A DNA stretch of 64,000 nucleotides. It comes from Takakia lepidozioides. Its lineage: Eukaryota; Plantae; Bryophyta. The stretch lies in assembly GCA_030704615.1 (NCBI GenBank), contig CM060734.1, positions 9,796,001 to 9,860,000 of the forward strand, written 5' to 3'. Below the pieces are notes generated by a model. That model was not told the origin of the DNA. It searched no databases and worked only from the letters and a program-made list of their open reading frames with translations. Below are positions 62,935 through 64,000 of the stretch, piece after piece. Both the position numbers and the translations under genes were made by a program. Each line of letters starts with the position of its first letter. Positions within the stretch are counted from its first letter, which is position 1.

Positions 62935-63606
62935 CAACCCGGGTATCAATACTGATATCAACCCGGATAGGTAATACCATACCCGGGGTAGGTACGGTGG
63001 CCAATACCCGGGCAATACCATACTAGGGGCAATATATACCTTGCTCTATACTATGGTACATACCATACACGTCTGGTATAGCAATGGACAAGATTGGTAT
63101 TGATACCAGTATTGCTGCTATGTGAGCCTCCAAAGGCACATTAGGTGTATATGTGGAGTTAGGGCAAGGGAATTCAAGGGCACTTTAGCATTTATGGCAT
63201 CTACTTTATACTCATGTGCAATGTGCAAAAATACATGTATGATATGGTGTATTTTAGCAATGTGCAATGTGTATGAGCAATGTATTTGGTATGTGCATTG
63301 TGTTGTAATTGTGATCCATCGTGAAGGTCAATTCTTTTTCTCAGGTTATTGAATATTTTCTTGAATCTACTAAATATTTCATATACATACCCCGACAATA
63401 TTCATATTCCCCCCACATGAGATGGGAAAAAATAAATATTGATACCCTACTAATATACATCCACAATTTTATGCTATATACCCCTCATATACCCTACCCG
63501 GCCCCCTTACCCCAATACCAGGACCATAACAGTACTGGGAAATGTGGGCCGTTGTGATACCAAGAGCAGTCCGGTATCATATTTTCGTGATACCAGTCCA
63601 ACACTG
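62935..63606. mobile_element. Partial hAT-type MITE related to 24173/34406
   Basis: ATACC/GGTAT-rich subterminal repeats ending CCAACACTG (reverse complement of CAGTGTTGG). The left terminus was not found. Confidence 0.5.
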
Positions 63607-64000
63607 GTGTGAACACTTGATTTTGTACCTAGGCTCTTGGACTATATAATACGTGAACAGTCATAGTGTGGACTGTGTCGTTGAGCATATACTATACAGT
63701 CATCTTATCTTCCAGAAAGAACCAAGTAATTTTCTTTTATGAATTTATTAAGTATAACAGATCAAATCATTGTCCGAGGAAAGCCCACTTTGCTATTAGC
63801 CCATGTTGCAAGAGTATAAATGTTCCAAGAGGAGTGGGGGAAGGTGTGTCGTCAACCAGCTTCTCCAAATTGCTGACGACCTCAACTTGAAGATCCAGCG
63901 TACAGAAAGTACTGTATATCCAGCTGCTTCTAGACACCATAAGCTCATGGAGAGAGTCTAAACTAATAGGCTCTAGATAAGCTTTTTGCAACATTTTCAC

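Noticed and set aside
63767-64000. Possible LINE fragment at the window edge
   Set aside because: Too short and degenerate to support a call.

Overview
Eukaryotic plant DNA, probably a non-seed plant such as a bryophyte (inferred from the TE lineages and the host gene). About 1-47.5 kb is a deeply nested transposon cluster. It is followed by one intact 7-exon host gene, STICHEL-like (DnaX/Pol III gamma-tau AAA+; CDS 49368-55813, +), and a tail holding a solo LTR, an orphan SOQ1-like NHL exon and MITE/LINE remnants. The nest, reconstructed by eye, has five main parts. (1) A fragmented minus-strand Ty3/gypsy element ('A') whose pieces include gag-CCHC, the C-terminal half of a C5 cytosine DNA methyltransferase and an integrase tail ending in a PHD finger. 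(2) A ~13.6 kb block inserted into it, starting with a CCC-type (EnSpm/CMC-like) terminus and GCGACCGCC..GGCGGTCGC hairpin arrays. It carries two paralogous intronless HND/DWG protein-kinase pseudogenes, a RING-H2 pseudogene, a 120-bp satellite and several long palindromes, with no transposase of its own visible. (3) A gag-protease-only element ('B') with 3.0-3.3 kb LTRs, turned into a giant inverted repeat by a ~6.2 kb inversion (32501-38690). (4) A RLE-type non-LTR remnant with chromodomain-like and PCIF1/N6-adenine-methyltransferase-like segments. (5) A chromovirus, a gypsy with a dUTPase-like domain, an L1, a MULE-type insertion, hAT MITEs and a tRNA-derived SINE. All domain calls are motif recognition by eye; no searches were run.
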